NCBI GenBank assembly: GCA_035221665.1
Contig: CM069153.1
Location: forward strand, 15,376,001 to 15,440,000
DNA length: 64,000 bases
Direction: 5' to 3'
DNA from: Okamejei kenojei
Lineage: Eukaryota
The notes below the pieces were generated by a model, which was not told the origin of the DNA, searched no databases, and saw only the letters and a list, made by a program, of their open reading frames with translations. Positions 49,229-61,600 of this stretch are shown here, piece by piece. The translations under genes were made by a program, and so were the position numbers. Within the stretch, counting starts at the first letter, position 1. Each line of letters opens with the position of its first letter.

Positions 49229-52200
49229 TGTTCCAGAAAAACAATCCGTTTGTCCAACCTCATGTTATACCCTCGAGTCCAGACAACATTCTGGTAAACT
49301 ACTTCTGCACCCTCCACAAAGTTTTCACAGCCTTCCTACAATGGGGTGACCAGAACAAACAAATTGCAGAACCTTTCTGAAGCTAAGAAGAAAGTAAAAT
49401 TCCATTAACAGCATCTCCCTGCAGATGATACCACTAATTGCTGCACTGATCTTTGAGCAAGAGGAGTGTAAACCATTTAGTAATGGGAACATGGACAAGC
49501 ACTGATGACAACAAAATTCACTGGCTCGCAATACATTTCGTATGCTTTCTTTCTGAGAACTTCCTCCATTTTCTTTATAGTATGTCATTCCCATTAGCCT
49601 TACATTTGTCACAAACAAACTTTAAGTATCTAAAATATTTCATTTTCACGTTAGTGCTACAATGCAGCATATTTTAATTTTTAACTGATTAATATAATGG
49701 ATAAATTGCTACATCAAAACTGCTGTGTTTTAATGAGACAGCATCCAGAAAAGCTTTCACGTAGCATAATGGCTAAGTTCCCTCTATATCACACAGATAT
49801 CCATCTATTTCAACCAGCAGAGCATTATTACTACTCAGGGACATTGTAGGTATTTAAGTAACATATTAATCTGGCCATAATCCATAGCATTTTATTGCCA
49901 TTCTCATCCATCATCGCCTGTGGTTATTTCCTTCTTTAAATTGTTATATTGAGCCATAAATTGTGGTAATGTACATTGCGTTGTTCTTGTCAAAAAGTAA
50001 TAATTTTGCAGTGGATGATTCATAAAGCTTCTGTACCCGTGATAGTTTAACAACATTAGCTAGAGTCTGCTACAGAGAAAACAGCCTCGGATGTTTCAAA
50101 ATTTAAGCACAATATTGACGCCTATGGGTTGTTCAAGATGTGCTCAGCAACCATCACAAAGCACAACAGGGCTAATAAAGCAGTGCATGGATCTGTGACT
50201 GAAGAAAATAGTAATTTTCATTGGAACTGAAAGTCGTCAATTAATAGATGAAGTCAAAACACCCGAAGGTTACCTTAAATCAAGCCGTCACACCTTGCGT
50301 TATAAATTGGACTCAAGATCAAATGTTTTTAATAATACATGAAAGTACAGAAAATACGTTCCCCTTTGCCAGCCCATTTCTCCATTTTAAAGACACTAAG
50401 AAGATGCACATACTTGGCTCATAATCACAATGTACATAGGGCGTATACCATTGTCCATAATATAGTCTTGTAAGGAATATAGACACAGCTGAAAATTGAT
50501 TTTAGCAGTATCTATGTGACAGAAAGAGTACATCATCATCTCTCAATAAGTGGAGATCTGAGATCAAATGTTGAATGCAGGGATAATGAATCGATGACCT
50601 TCAAGTGTCCAGTGGCTTCACTGAAAATGTATTTATAATCCTTTGTTAAGATCAATTAAATTCTTTGCACATTTATCCTGATTGCAATGTCTACCTAAAA
50701 TTATTCAAAGAATATAAATAGTCATTCACTCCTCTTTCTAGTTTCTTTCATCGTCACTTCTGCCACCAACCCCCAACAACCTCAACTATCCATGAACTTC
50801 CACCAATTCCACCAACATTGGAAGGTACCAATAGCTTACAAGCATCAAGCTTCCAAACACTTACTTCAAAGGAGTCAAACTTGTTTAATTGTCATTTGTC
50901 CCGAAAATGGAACAACAAATGTCTTACTTGCAGCAGCAGAACTGGTGTGTAAACACAGTATTCATAGATACTAAGCACTTGGTCTTAGACAAAATCCACA
51001 TTAAACAGTTTCTATTTCTGTTCTGTGGTGGATCCAAACTTCTCCTGGGAGTGTCACAGAATATGACCGAGAACTTTAATGAAACCATGAACTGGTATTT
51101 GTTTGACTGATTCAGACAGATAGAGGCTACAGGTTTCTTCAAATATAGTGTGTGTATGCACGAGGGTCCCAAAAACCAGAACTACATGTTATCATCACCC
51201 AACTAATAACATGGTGTGATGAATTCCACCCATGAAGAAAACCCAACTTAATTTTAAGCTGTGCTGTTGGTGACAGTGAAATTGTATCTCTGGATACTGT
51301 GAACTGAAGAACACTTTGACAGCTTGCTGCTTTAGTACTTTTATATGAAATAAAGGACCATGGTCTGAATCCTTTTTACTTTAAGTCTCCTTTGGACTAA
51401 ACAATGTAAAGCACATTGTAACGTATGAAAAACAATGTAAAGCACATTGGAATTTCTCCAATGAGATAGTGAAGTAATAAAAAGGAACGGCAGATGCTGG
51501 TTTAAACCACAGGTCGACACAAAATGTTGAAGTAACTCAATCTCAAAGTAACTCATGCAGCATCTCTGGAAAATATAGAGAGGTGATGTTTTGGGTACCC
51601 ATTTTCAGACCACCATAGGAGAAATTCTGGGACTTCCTACTCTTCAATTACGTTACAGTGAACAATCTGGAGAAGTCCCATGAAATCTGATCTCACAAGT
51701 ATCTTAAGCTTAATTTCACAATCTTCATTAGCTTAGACTTTGAGTTCATTTGGCACTGTGCCTGTGTTATAGCTGATGCGCTGTTCCAAACTTCCATGGC
51801 CTTTGCTGGGTTAAGATCTATAAGGGCCAATTAACAGATGGAGAGCTAATTTAACACAGCTTCAATGAAAGCTAATTGTACCCCTGGAGCCTCACATATT
51901 CTGTTAAACTAGTGGACACCACAAATCTGTAAATGTTTCTCTCTCCTTAGTCCATTTAAACCATATGTTCATTGCATGCAATCTGTTCGGAGTCTAACAC
52001 GCCAGTGCTCAATTTAGTCTACAACCTACTAAATATCTATTATTGATTTTTAATAAAGCAGCTATCTATCACGAATAGCCATGTGCTGAGAAATACAAAG
52101 ACATGCCTCAACTCCAAAATAAAAACAAAATAAACACAGATGCTGGGAATCTGAAATAATAACAGAAAATTCAGCAGTCAGCAAATCCAGCAGCATTTGT

Positions 52201-53478
52201 GGAAATAAGAGTTAAAATTTCTGGTCAAAAATACTTCACTGAAACTGGGAAAGAGAGAAAATAAGTTAATTTTCAATTGCAAAGTGTTGGTTAGGACCAG
52301 GGGGATCTTAGATAGGGTGAGGTTAGAATTTCCATGAAGCTAAATTGTTAATGTAGTTATAAAAAGGAACTACAGCTGCTGGTTTTATCCAAAGATAAAC
52401 ACAAAATGCTGGAGTAACCCAATGGGTCAGGCAGCATCTCTGGAGAAGATAGAGAGGTAATGTTTTGTGTAGGTACCCATCTTCAGATTGTCAATGTCTT
52501 CATCCTCTCACTTCGACAGTCTACTCTCTAAACCTGCTTCACAGAAACCTTCATCATTCCAGTCCCCAAGAAACTTAAAGTGACCTGCCTCATAGACTAT
52601 CACCCAGTAGCTCTAACATTGACCTTATGAAGTCTTTTGAAAAAATGGTAATGCCACATATCTACACCAGTCTCCAAACAATCTAGACCCATTGCAATTT
52701 GTGTACAGGAAGAATAAGACTTTGGAGGATGCCTTGTCCCTTGCACTACATTCTGTGCTTGATCACCTTGGCAATAAGAACACCTATGTCCGGATGCTCT
52801 TCTTTGACTACAGCTCAACCTTCAATACCATGAAGAGGCTCAGTTCTAAACCTCTGGACTTCTCCTTTGGGCCACAATCAGCAACAGGCTTCTGAACTTC
52901 CCGACAGACCTTAGCCCATTAGAATTGGCCATAATATTTCCTCCAGCTGATCCTAAACAGTGGTGCTCCTTGAAGTTGTGTGCACAGTCTCCCACTCTGT
53001 GCCCTGTCCACACATGACACTGTGGCCAAGTGCATTACCAAATGTATCGTTAAGTTTACCGATGATACCACTGTTCGTGATCGGACCTACAACAATAATG
53101 AGATAGAATACAGGAAAGAGATCACGAACCTTGTAGTCTGGTCTCAGAACAAAAGCCTATCTTTCATGTCAGACAGACTAAATAAATGGTTGCGGATGAA
53201 ATGAACTGAGGAGGTGAACACAACCCTGCTTTATCAATGGAATCAACGGCTTCAAGGTAGCAACAGACAGCATCTCTGAAGAGGAATGAGTGATGTTTTG
53301 GGTCAAGACCCTTCTTCAGACAGCTTCAAGTTCCTTGGCATCCATGTTATTATGAACCTAACCTGGTTCCTGCAAACTGATGTAGTAATCAAGACAAACA
53401 CTTTGTTTATTTAATTTCTTAGACATCTTAGAAGATTCAGCATGTCCACAAGGATTCTCTCAATGATGGATAGAAGGT

Positions 53479-56400
53479 ATTTTACTTCGGAGTCACGTGA
53501 GTGACTACGTGAAGAAGCCCCGCCTGGCACATGCTCAGCATTACATCGACGCATGTGAAGCTCCGACAGGTTGGAGAGCGCAGCTCCCACCAGCGTACGT
53601 TTAACCCGCAGGTAAGTCGCTGTTGAACTTTCTTGCTAGTGGGTTTAAACTCTGTAAGTCTGCAGAGCCAGCTAGAGTGCTGATGTATTTTGAATTTTTT
53701 TTTAAACTCTGTAACTCTGGCTTGAAATACGGAGCCAGCTAGAGTGAATGTATTTTTAAACTGCGGTAATTGAATAGAACGCGCTGGAACCGCAGTTTCC
53801 GATTTAGATCGGATTGGGAGATAAGGGCTTCTTTAAAAGCTGGCTCCCGCTATTTACCGCTATTAGATCAGGTTTGGAGATAACGGCTGCGCTAAATGCT
53901 GGCTCCAAATACCCAGTAATTTAAGACCCATGAGATTTTAAGGCAGGCTCCGAAAGGAGTTTCCATACACTGAGTATGGTGCCTATGAAAAATGAGAATC
54001 TCATTCACCAGTGCTTTGTTTAGGTCTGGATGAAGTCTCCTAGAGCAAAGACTCGGGAGTACCAGGGCAGGATGAAACTGCCCCTGAAGCAGGTGTCCCT
54101 ACTTATGTGTATACACCAGAGCACAATAGAAACGCTCCGGGTGTTCCCGATGTAGCACCAAGTTTTGCTATATCGGTATGGACTGGTGAGGCTATGGTTG
54201 AACCTGGCGGCCAACATTATTTGGTTTCTCATCTACTCCAAGAAACTGTTATGACTGAAACAGTAAAAAATATATAAAACACCCGTCTATTGTGCCTCGC
54301 TCAGGGTGCCAACAGTAACTCAGTAATGGGGAACCCATGAGTGTAACGATGCGAGGACAGAAATGTGTTCCAGCATGTCCTCTAGCTGATATTCAGTTAG
54401 CATCACTGCATTTGGGTCGATAATGTCCAATACTTTTACGACATGCTTGCATTACTCTGCAATGCATATTCGAACCCAATTGTATGATGAAAATTGCCAT
54501 TTGGCTAACATTATACCCAAAAAATGCAGGATTATGTGGGCAAGCTATAACCCGATTTAGGATTGATGAAAAACTGCCCAAACAATTAAGGATATTTGCC
54601 TTGTAAAACTTCTCATCCCTGCTTTGAGAAAACAGGTTTGAATACGAACCCCTATATTAAGAGAAGGAGATCTTCCGGTTCATTTACGGAAGTACAGAAA
54701 TGTCATTCCATCACACATGGAATTTCTGGGAAACAACCTCTAGTCGGTTGTAAGATTGTTTTGTAATTCTGCATTAAATCTGATCGGCTTGGTGTTTGAA
54801 TGTACCAGGAACTCGTCAGGTAGAGATAATATATCCCAGACACAAGTATGGGGGTTGCAGAGTCATTCTGGGACTCACAAACTTAAATTTATAGTTCAGT
54901 ATAGGCAATTTTAAAAAAAAGTACACTTCAACACTGTAACAAAGTTGTTATCACAAGGCTGCTATATGGCTCTTATTAGACCTAAAAAAGATGCCTTATT
55001 ATTCAGGTACTTAAATTAATTGGATGGGTCAGCTGAAGGAATTCCGTAATGGGTTAAATTCAGCCCTCAGATTGCTCACACAATTATTGAAACCAGCACT
55101 GGTGTTAATGAGGGCTAAGAATCACATTGTAATGACTTATCTAGAGGATATGTTAATTGTAAATGGGAGACAGCTGAAGAACTGGGTTCAGCAACCATAA
55201 GCCTATTGAAAGGCTAAGGTTCTGTCCATCCAAACAACATGTAAGTTACAGGCATCCCAAACAATTGATTATTTGGGATTTGTCATTAATACAGTTGATA
55301 TGTCAGTAACTTTACCAACAATTAAGGTTGGGGATGTTACAAATGCCTGTACTTGTCTTGGTAAAACATTTTTTTTTTAAATAAAAATAAATATTGAATT
55401 TTTTTTTTTTTAATTAAAAAAAATAAAACATTATCCCACCATCCAAGAAGTAGCTACGGTTACTGGTAAAGTGATAGTGGTAAAGTAAAGTGATCAAAGT
55501 CTGCAAAGACTAGAGAATAAGCATAAAAAGCATGCAGGTCATTGATTAGGTCCATGCAGTTACCAACTAAAAAGGTTGAGCTGAATTGCAATGATGGATT
55601 CTCAATGTTGGACAAGTTACTAGAAGTAAAAATGTGCTTGTTCAGTAGTCTTCAGTGGTATTACAGACTGATGGGAGTGCTCTCGGATGGGAAGCCAAGG
55701 ACAGCAGCACCAGTTGTGGTGGCGATGGACTGTCCAGGACGATTTAATTCTCCAAACACATGGTATGAATTATTTGGAGTTATTGGGAGTAGACAATACC
55801 ACAGCTACGGGAGAAGACAATATTGTGGTAAGACGACAGATCATGAAAGTTCAATGACAATACGGAATGAATGTTAAAATTCAAAAAGTTTAAAAAAGAT
55901 TGTCAGACAGTATGAGCACCAAATGTTGATCTGTTGTGTCTGGATTAAATCTCCAGTGGTCTAAATGTGTCTCATGGGAGCCAGACCGAGGAGCATTAGC
56001 GGTGGATGCATTCTCGCTACATTGGGGAAGTATAGTCTTTTATGTTTTCGCCATATTGCCCGATTAGGCAATGTGTCACCAAAATAGAGCAAGTCTCCGC
56101 TGTAGGTGTTTCGTGGTTCCAAACTGGTATTGCTTCTCGGCCTTTTGGCTAAGATCAAGTGTAGTATCAGTTCAATATCTGATACGTCCCTTATCTGGGG
56201 ACCATTACTACACACCCATTGTTCCCATTGGTGCTCAGAATGATGATTCAGACATTCATGACAAATCCCAGGTGCAGTAATTGTTGGTACATCCAGTAAC
56301 AGCAGAAGTCATCCATTACATGACCGTATTAATTGTTAATCTGCAAGTTCTGATGGAATGTCGGATAGGAGCATGGATGTCATAACTGCAGCTTGGAGAT

Positions 56401-57694
56401 ATAGCACTAAGAAACAATATATGTTTCATATAAGGAATGGGAAATCTTTTGTATACAGTCAGATATATTTTATCATACTGCAAACATATTGGATGTATTG
56501 GATTTCCTTGCTATGTTGCACCTGAGTTATAGTACCAGTAATGGAACTCGGAGTGCTTTGTCCTCCTATTTAGGCCAATTTTCAGAACGACAATTTATCG
56601 GGTCTCATCCGTTAATATCCCGATTTATGAGAGGAATTTTAATAAAATCCTACCAAATCCAGATATACAGAAATCTGGGATGTCAGTATAGTTCTCACAT
56701 TGCTTCAGCAATTGACTCCAATTACATCACTGTCTTTTCAGAAGTTAATATTTAAAGTGGTTATGCTGATGACATTAATTTCAGCACAATGAATACAAAC
56801 ATTACAAATGTTACGGTTACATTGTATGCAGTTGTCTGTAGATAAAATTACATTTTATGTCAATGTTCTAAGCAAGCAAAGCAAGCCAAGAAAGGCTGGA
56901 ACCAATGTAATCTTTAAGACATACTCTGTCAACTAAACATTGTGTGTGATTAAGCAGCTGATTTAATATATATTAAATTAAGAGTCTCCGAGATTGTGAG
57001 ACACCAATGTTCATTACCCACAAGAAACATAAAAAAAGTGACAGTACAAACTATTTCTAGATGGATAAACAGGTTCTGGATTAACTGGAGTAGACACTGA
57101 TATGTTTAAATCTCACTTCACCATGGCAGTATCAATGTCCACAGCAAAGGTTCTGTTCAAATTGTTTGCTTTGTTGCATATCATTTGTTGTAATTTCCCC
57201 TGGGATAGAGGGGTTATTACTTTTCTTTTTATTATTATTATTAAAATATTAATTGCATAATTTCAAGCAATATATGTTATTTACTCACTACTGTGTAAAC
57301 TCAAGCAGTGTGTCGTATGGAATGATCTACGGCATGAAAATCACAGAGCTTCAAAATCTTCACGTAGTCACTCACGTGACTCCGAAGTAAAATAGTAAGA
57401 TTAAACAAGAACTTACCAGTTTGAAGTTTGATCGTTATTTTATGAGGAGTTAAGATGAGGGATTACGTGCCCTCCACTCTCAACCCTCATAATATAAATG
57501 ATCATCTGGTAGTTGTAGTCTATGTAAGCCTTACAATCTTACTCTGGCTATTGGTTCTGTGTTTTTCACGCCGCTGCTTTGAAGTATGCGGAGCATGCGC
57601 CAGGCGGGGCTTCTTCACGTAATCACTCATCGCAACTCCTCATAAAATAATGATTAAACTTCAAACTGCTAAGTTCTCATTTAATCTTACTATT
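53479..57694 (+). mobile_element. DIRS1-type element D (degenerate, both ends intact)
   Basis: Left ITR attttacttcggagtcacgtgagtgactacgtgaagaagccccgcctgg. RT-like TYLEDML at ~55135; YR RSALSSYL..GSHPLISRFMRG at 56545-56640. ICR ~57358-57470; right ITR/extension ~57590-57694. TATTTT at both junctions. Confidence 0.92.
56129..56205 (+). pseudogene. RNU2: U2 snRNA 5' fragment (3'-truncated pseudogene)
   Basis: attgcttctcggccttttggctaagatcaagtgtagtatc[10-nt deletion]agttcaatatctgatacgtcccttatctggggacca matches the U2 5' end, including the GUAGUA branch-site recognition sequence. It stops before the Sm site. Confidence 0.93.
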
Positions 57695-58670
57695 TTAACA
57701 GAATACAATCCAGCCTGGTTGGCTACTGCTCTGCTCTTGACCACCCAAACCTGCAGAGAGTGTTGAACATTGCCCAACCCATCACAGACTCAATATTTCC
57801 TTCCATCAAGTCCATCTTCACAATGCATTGCATCTCTGAGACTGGAACTATTATCAATGATAGCTGCCACCCTGGCCATTCACTTTGCTTCCTTCTACCT
57901 CATAGGATAAGATACAGGAGATTGAAAGCCAGGTTTAAGAACTGCTTTTTCTCAACAGTTATTAAACACCTGAACCAAATGTCTAACACCCACTTCTTGG
58001 AGAGCTGCCTTGAACTCTTAATCTCATCTCATTTGGTTATTCCATTATGCCACTTGAATTTTATTTTGCACTCTATCAGATTCCACCATAATCATTATAC
58101 CACTGTGCTGTTTTGCATGTGTTCATAAAGTCATAAGGATTAGGAGTAGAATTAGGACATTCGGCCCATCAAGTCTACTCCGCCATTCAATCGTGGCTGA
58201 TCTATCTCTCCCTCCTAACCCCATTCTCCTGCCTTCTCCTCATACCCTCTGAAACCTGTACTAATCAAGAATGTATCTATCACTGATTAAAAAATATCCA
58301 CTGACTTGGACTCCACAGCCTTCTGTGGCTAATAATTCCTCAGATTCACCACCCTTTGACTCATTCTTCTCATCTCCTTCCTTTAAGAACATCCTTTAAT
58401 TCTGAGGCTATGACCTCTAGTCCTAGACTCTCCCACTAGTGGAAGCATCCTCTCCACATCCACTCTATCCAAGCCTTTCACTATTCTGTATGTTTCAATG
58501 GGGTTCCCCCCTCATTCTTCTAAACTCCAGCAAGTACAGGCCCAGTGCCTACAAATGCTCATCATAGGTTAACCTACTAATTCCTGGAATCATTCATGTA
58601 AACCTCCTCTGGACCCTCACCAGAGCCAGCACATCCTTCCTCAGATATGGTGCCCAAAATTGTTCACAAT

Positions 58671-61600
58671 ACTAGTAAGATTAAATGAGAACTTACCAGT
58701 TTGAAGTTTGATCTTTATTTTATGAGTCGTCGAGTTGAGGGACTACGTGAAGAACCCCGTACAGCCGTTCGTGCATCAATCTTCAAAGCAACGGTGTGAA
58801 ATCACAGATAATAATGACTGAAGTATAATGGTAAGATAACAAAGACTAGAACTACCAGATGAGATCTATGAGGGCTGGGAGTGGAGGGCACATAATCCCT
58901 CAACTTGACTCCTCATAAAATAAAGATCAAACTTCAAACTGGTAAATTCTCGTTTAATCTTACTATTTTACTTCGGAGTCACATGAGTGACTATGTGAAG
59001 ACTTCAAAGCTCTGTGATATCATGCCGTGTGAAACGAGTGTACACAACCACACCTGCTTCATTGACAAATGAAGGGAAAACATTAATAATGCATAGTCAT
59101 AACATAGATGTAAAACATGCATATGCTGTTTAAATGAAACAATAATATTTCCATCTCTCACCCAGATGGAAAATATAACCAGAACATAAATAGAGTTAAC
59201 AAATAACCCTGGTTCAGCAAAGGGTCATTACAGATGTTTGGAGATTTGTTCATTGGACCATGCTGCAGCTGTAACAATGCGACCCAGCGGAACATAAATA
59301 CCCTTGCTGCTGATGTTGTAGCAGCCCTGGTGTAATGAGACCTGGAATTAGAATCCATTAGTACATAACACAACTGTTTTTCTCATCTGGAATGGCCTGA
59401 ACAATAAGTTCTCCCAAATTATTTATTGATGTATCTATTTTTTTTTTTGTGACCAACAACATTGCTAGTCCAGAACTCCAAGGCTCTTGATGACCTTGAC
59501 ATATTGTTGTATATATGTGTGCTTACCTTATCAAAGGTCCCCTAGTATGCCTGTGACTATTTTGAGACCTGACCCCCTTCTGGTCTGCTCAAGTATTTAA
59601 CATAATATTATATATTATAATTTACAGACGTTATCATCCTGTACCATCACAATTATGTAGCGACTGAACCTGCTGCACTAAACCAGTGCCAGAAGGATAA
59701 CTACCTAATAAACTCCAGCCAAATTTAAGGATATAGTTGCAGCCTCCTGGTGAAATAGTGTTCACAAATGTCAACATCGCATATGGCATTATATTGGACC
59801 TGGGACCTATGTTGAAGATAGCCTACCCCTTGATAACCCAATTAATGGCCGTATAACTCCATAATTAACAAACGATAATTTAGCATGAACTTGAAACATT
59901 AGCAATCAATAATATTTTCCATGGAACATAAGCATAACAAACTCTTTCATCTCCTGGAAAAGAAAATTCTGCGGTTTGATGTTATGCAAACACTTTGAAC
60001 ACATAGAAGGATAGATGTCACAACCCAAACCTTAGGGCAGTTTATTAAACCTGCAATTTGAGTTTATCATGCAACAACTGATTTCCCAAGCCTCAGGCTG
60101 AACCAGCAAATTACGTTTAAAATAACCAAATAAGGTTATATTATTCACGACAAATCAGGAATCAATTTGCATAATCACTCAATAGGAACCTTAAGCAGCC
60201 TCTTAATGACTTTATTTGAAACCTCAATTGATAAACAAAATGGAGGGAGCCATAAAAATCCTTCCTACTCCTTTTAGCAAAAATGTATGTTTCGCCACTG
60301 TAATGCCACATATTTTACAACCAGTGAAATAAACATGAACCATGTTAGGTGTTCCATTAACCAGAATTTCATAATATTGTGTAATTCAACACCAATTATG
60401 TGTTGCTATTAACCTATACTTGATGATTCTCCTGTGACAACAAGATATGTAAACATTCCATGGGTCTTTAACTGATTGCACCCTCATGACTAACATATGC
60501 CATCATCATAATGTATCAACCTGAGTATCACAATATGCACATTTGTCCAATCACTCTTTAACCCATACGATGCCCGTAGGGTCTATAGATAGTTGATACC
60601 CTCAACAGACATTTTTTGCAAATCATGCAAATCTGTTCCACCTCCAAACTCGAGATGATATTTGCAACTTGGTATCTGCTGTAAACAGCAACTGCGGCCC
60701 GATTTCCGAACCAGTCTTGTAAGACAATCTTGGTCCTTCTACTGAACTGCGCAATTCTAACCTGCTTGAAAAGCTAGAACAGACCATTTTACATGATTAG
60801 ACCCCTCAAATAGCTGATAATGTCTCAATCATTTGTAATGTATAACTTAGTGTACACCTTACCAAGCTGTAAGTGGTCCCTTAATTGTAGAGTAGCACAG
60901 GTACAGTGCGTGGAACCTCTGGCGAGCCTTCCTGCTGCCACCAACTTCAGTGAACCGCATACTGCCAATAAAGACGTGGGGTGCATTATCACCAAAACTA
61001 TGAAACCTTGCTTGTTCCAATAGCTTGTGCTTTGTCCTCCAGGTTTCGCCTATGGAAAGGTCTTACCTGAATAGAAGATTCGACGGCCAACTGTAGAGCA
61101 GTATTCACTGCATATATGTTTGGGATGGTAACTTTCTGGCCAGGCATAGACTTCTGGGCACATGCCCTGAATCCCTTGGGCATGCTCTATGGCTATACCC
61201 TCAGACTCGGCATTAGACTATACCGATCCCACATGCTCTCCTCTTACATGAGGGAGCCATTAAGCAGCCCTGACACAAGGTGCTGCTGGTGCAGCTTCAG
61301 CAATACGCCAACATTGCCATGGCCCCAGCGTCAGAATAATACTGACGCAGCATGCTCTCCTCCTACATGAGGGAGACCTTAAGCAGGCCTGCTAAAAAGC
61401 GCTGCTGACACAATTTCCTATTTAGGGCCATTAGCACCATTTTGTAATATAATTAAAGATTTACTTAACAACAACTGGAGCAGTAATGAATACTGTTTGT
61501 CCATCCTTGTGACTTTATTAATTTCACCTGGAGAAACAATATGTGTTAACAATGACCTATAAGGCACTTAATAGTTAACCATTTAACAAGATAAGTTGTC

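Larger units (their letters stand above)
52490..58000 (+). mobile_element. Rex1/Babar LINE (degenerate RT), interrupted by DIRS D and a PLE tail
   Basis: [30 protein letters not shown] and VKFTDDTT before the DIRS; CHPGHSL.FLLP..RFKNCFF after it. The frame IEGIL|TE..AWFG is rejoined across the DIRS. Confidence 0.9.

Noticed and set aside
56129-56205. Functional U2 snRNA gene
   Set aside because: It has an internal deletion, lacks the Sm site and 3' half, and is flanked by DIRS coding sequence rather than snRNA promoter and 3' box context.
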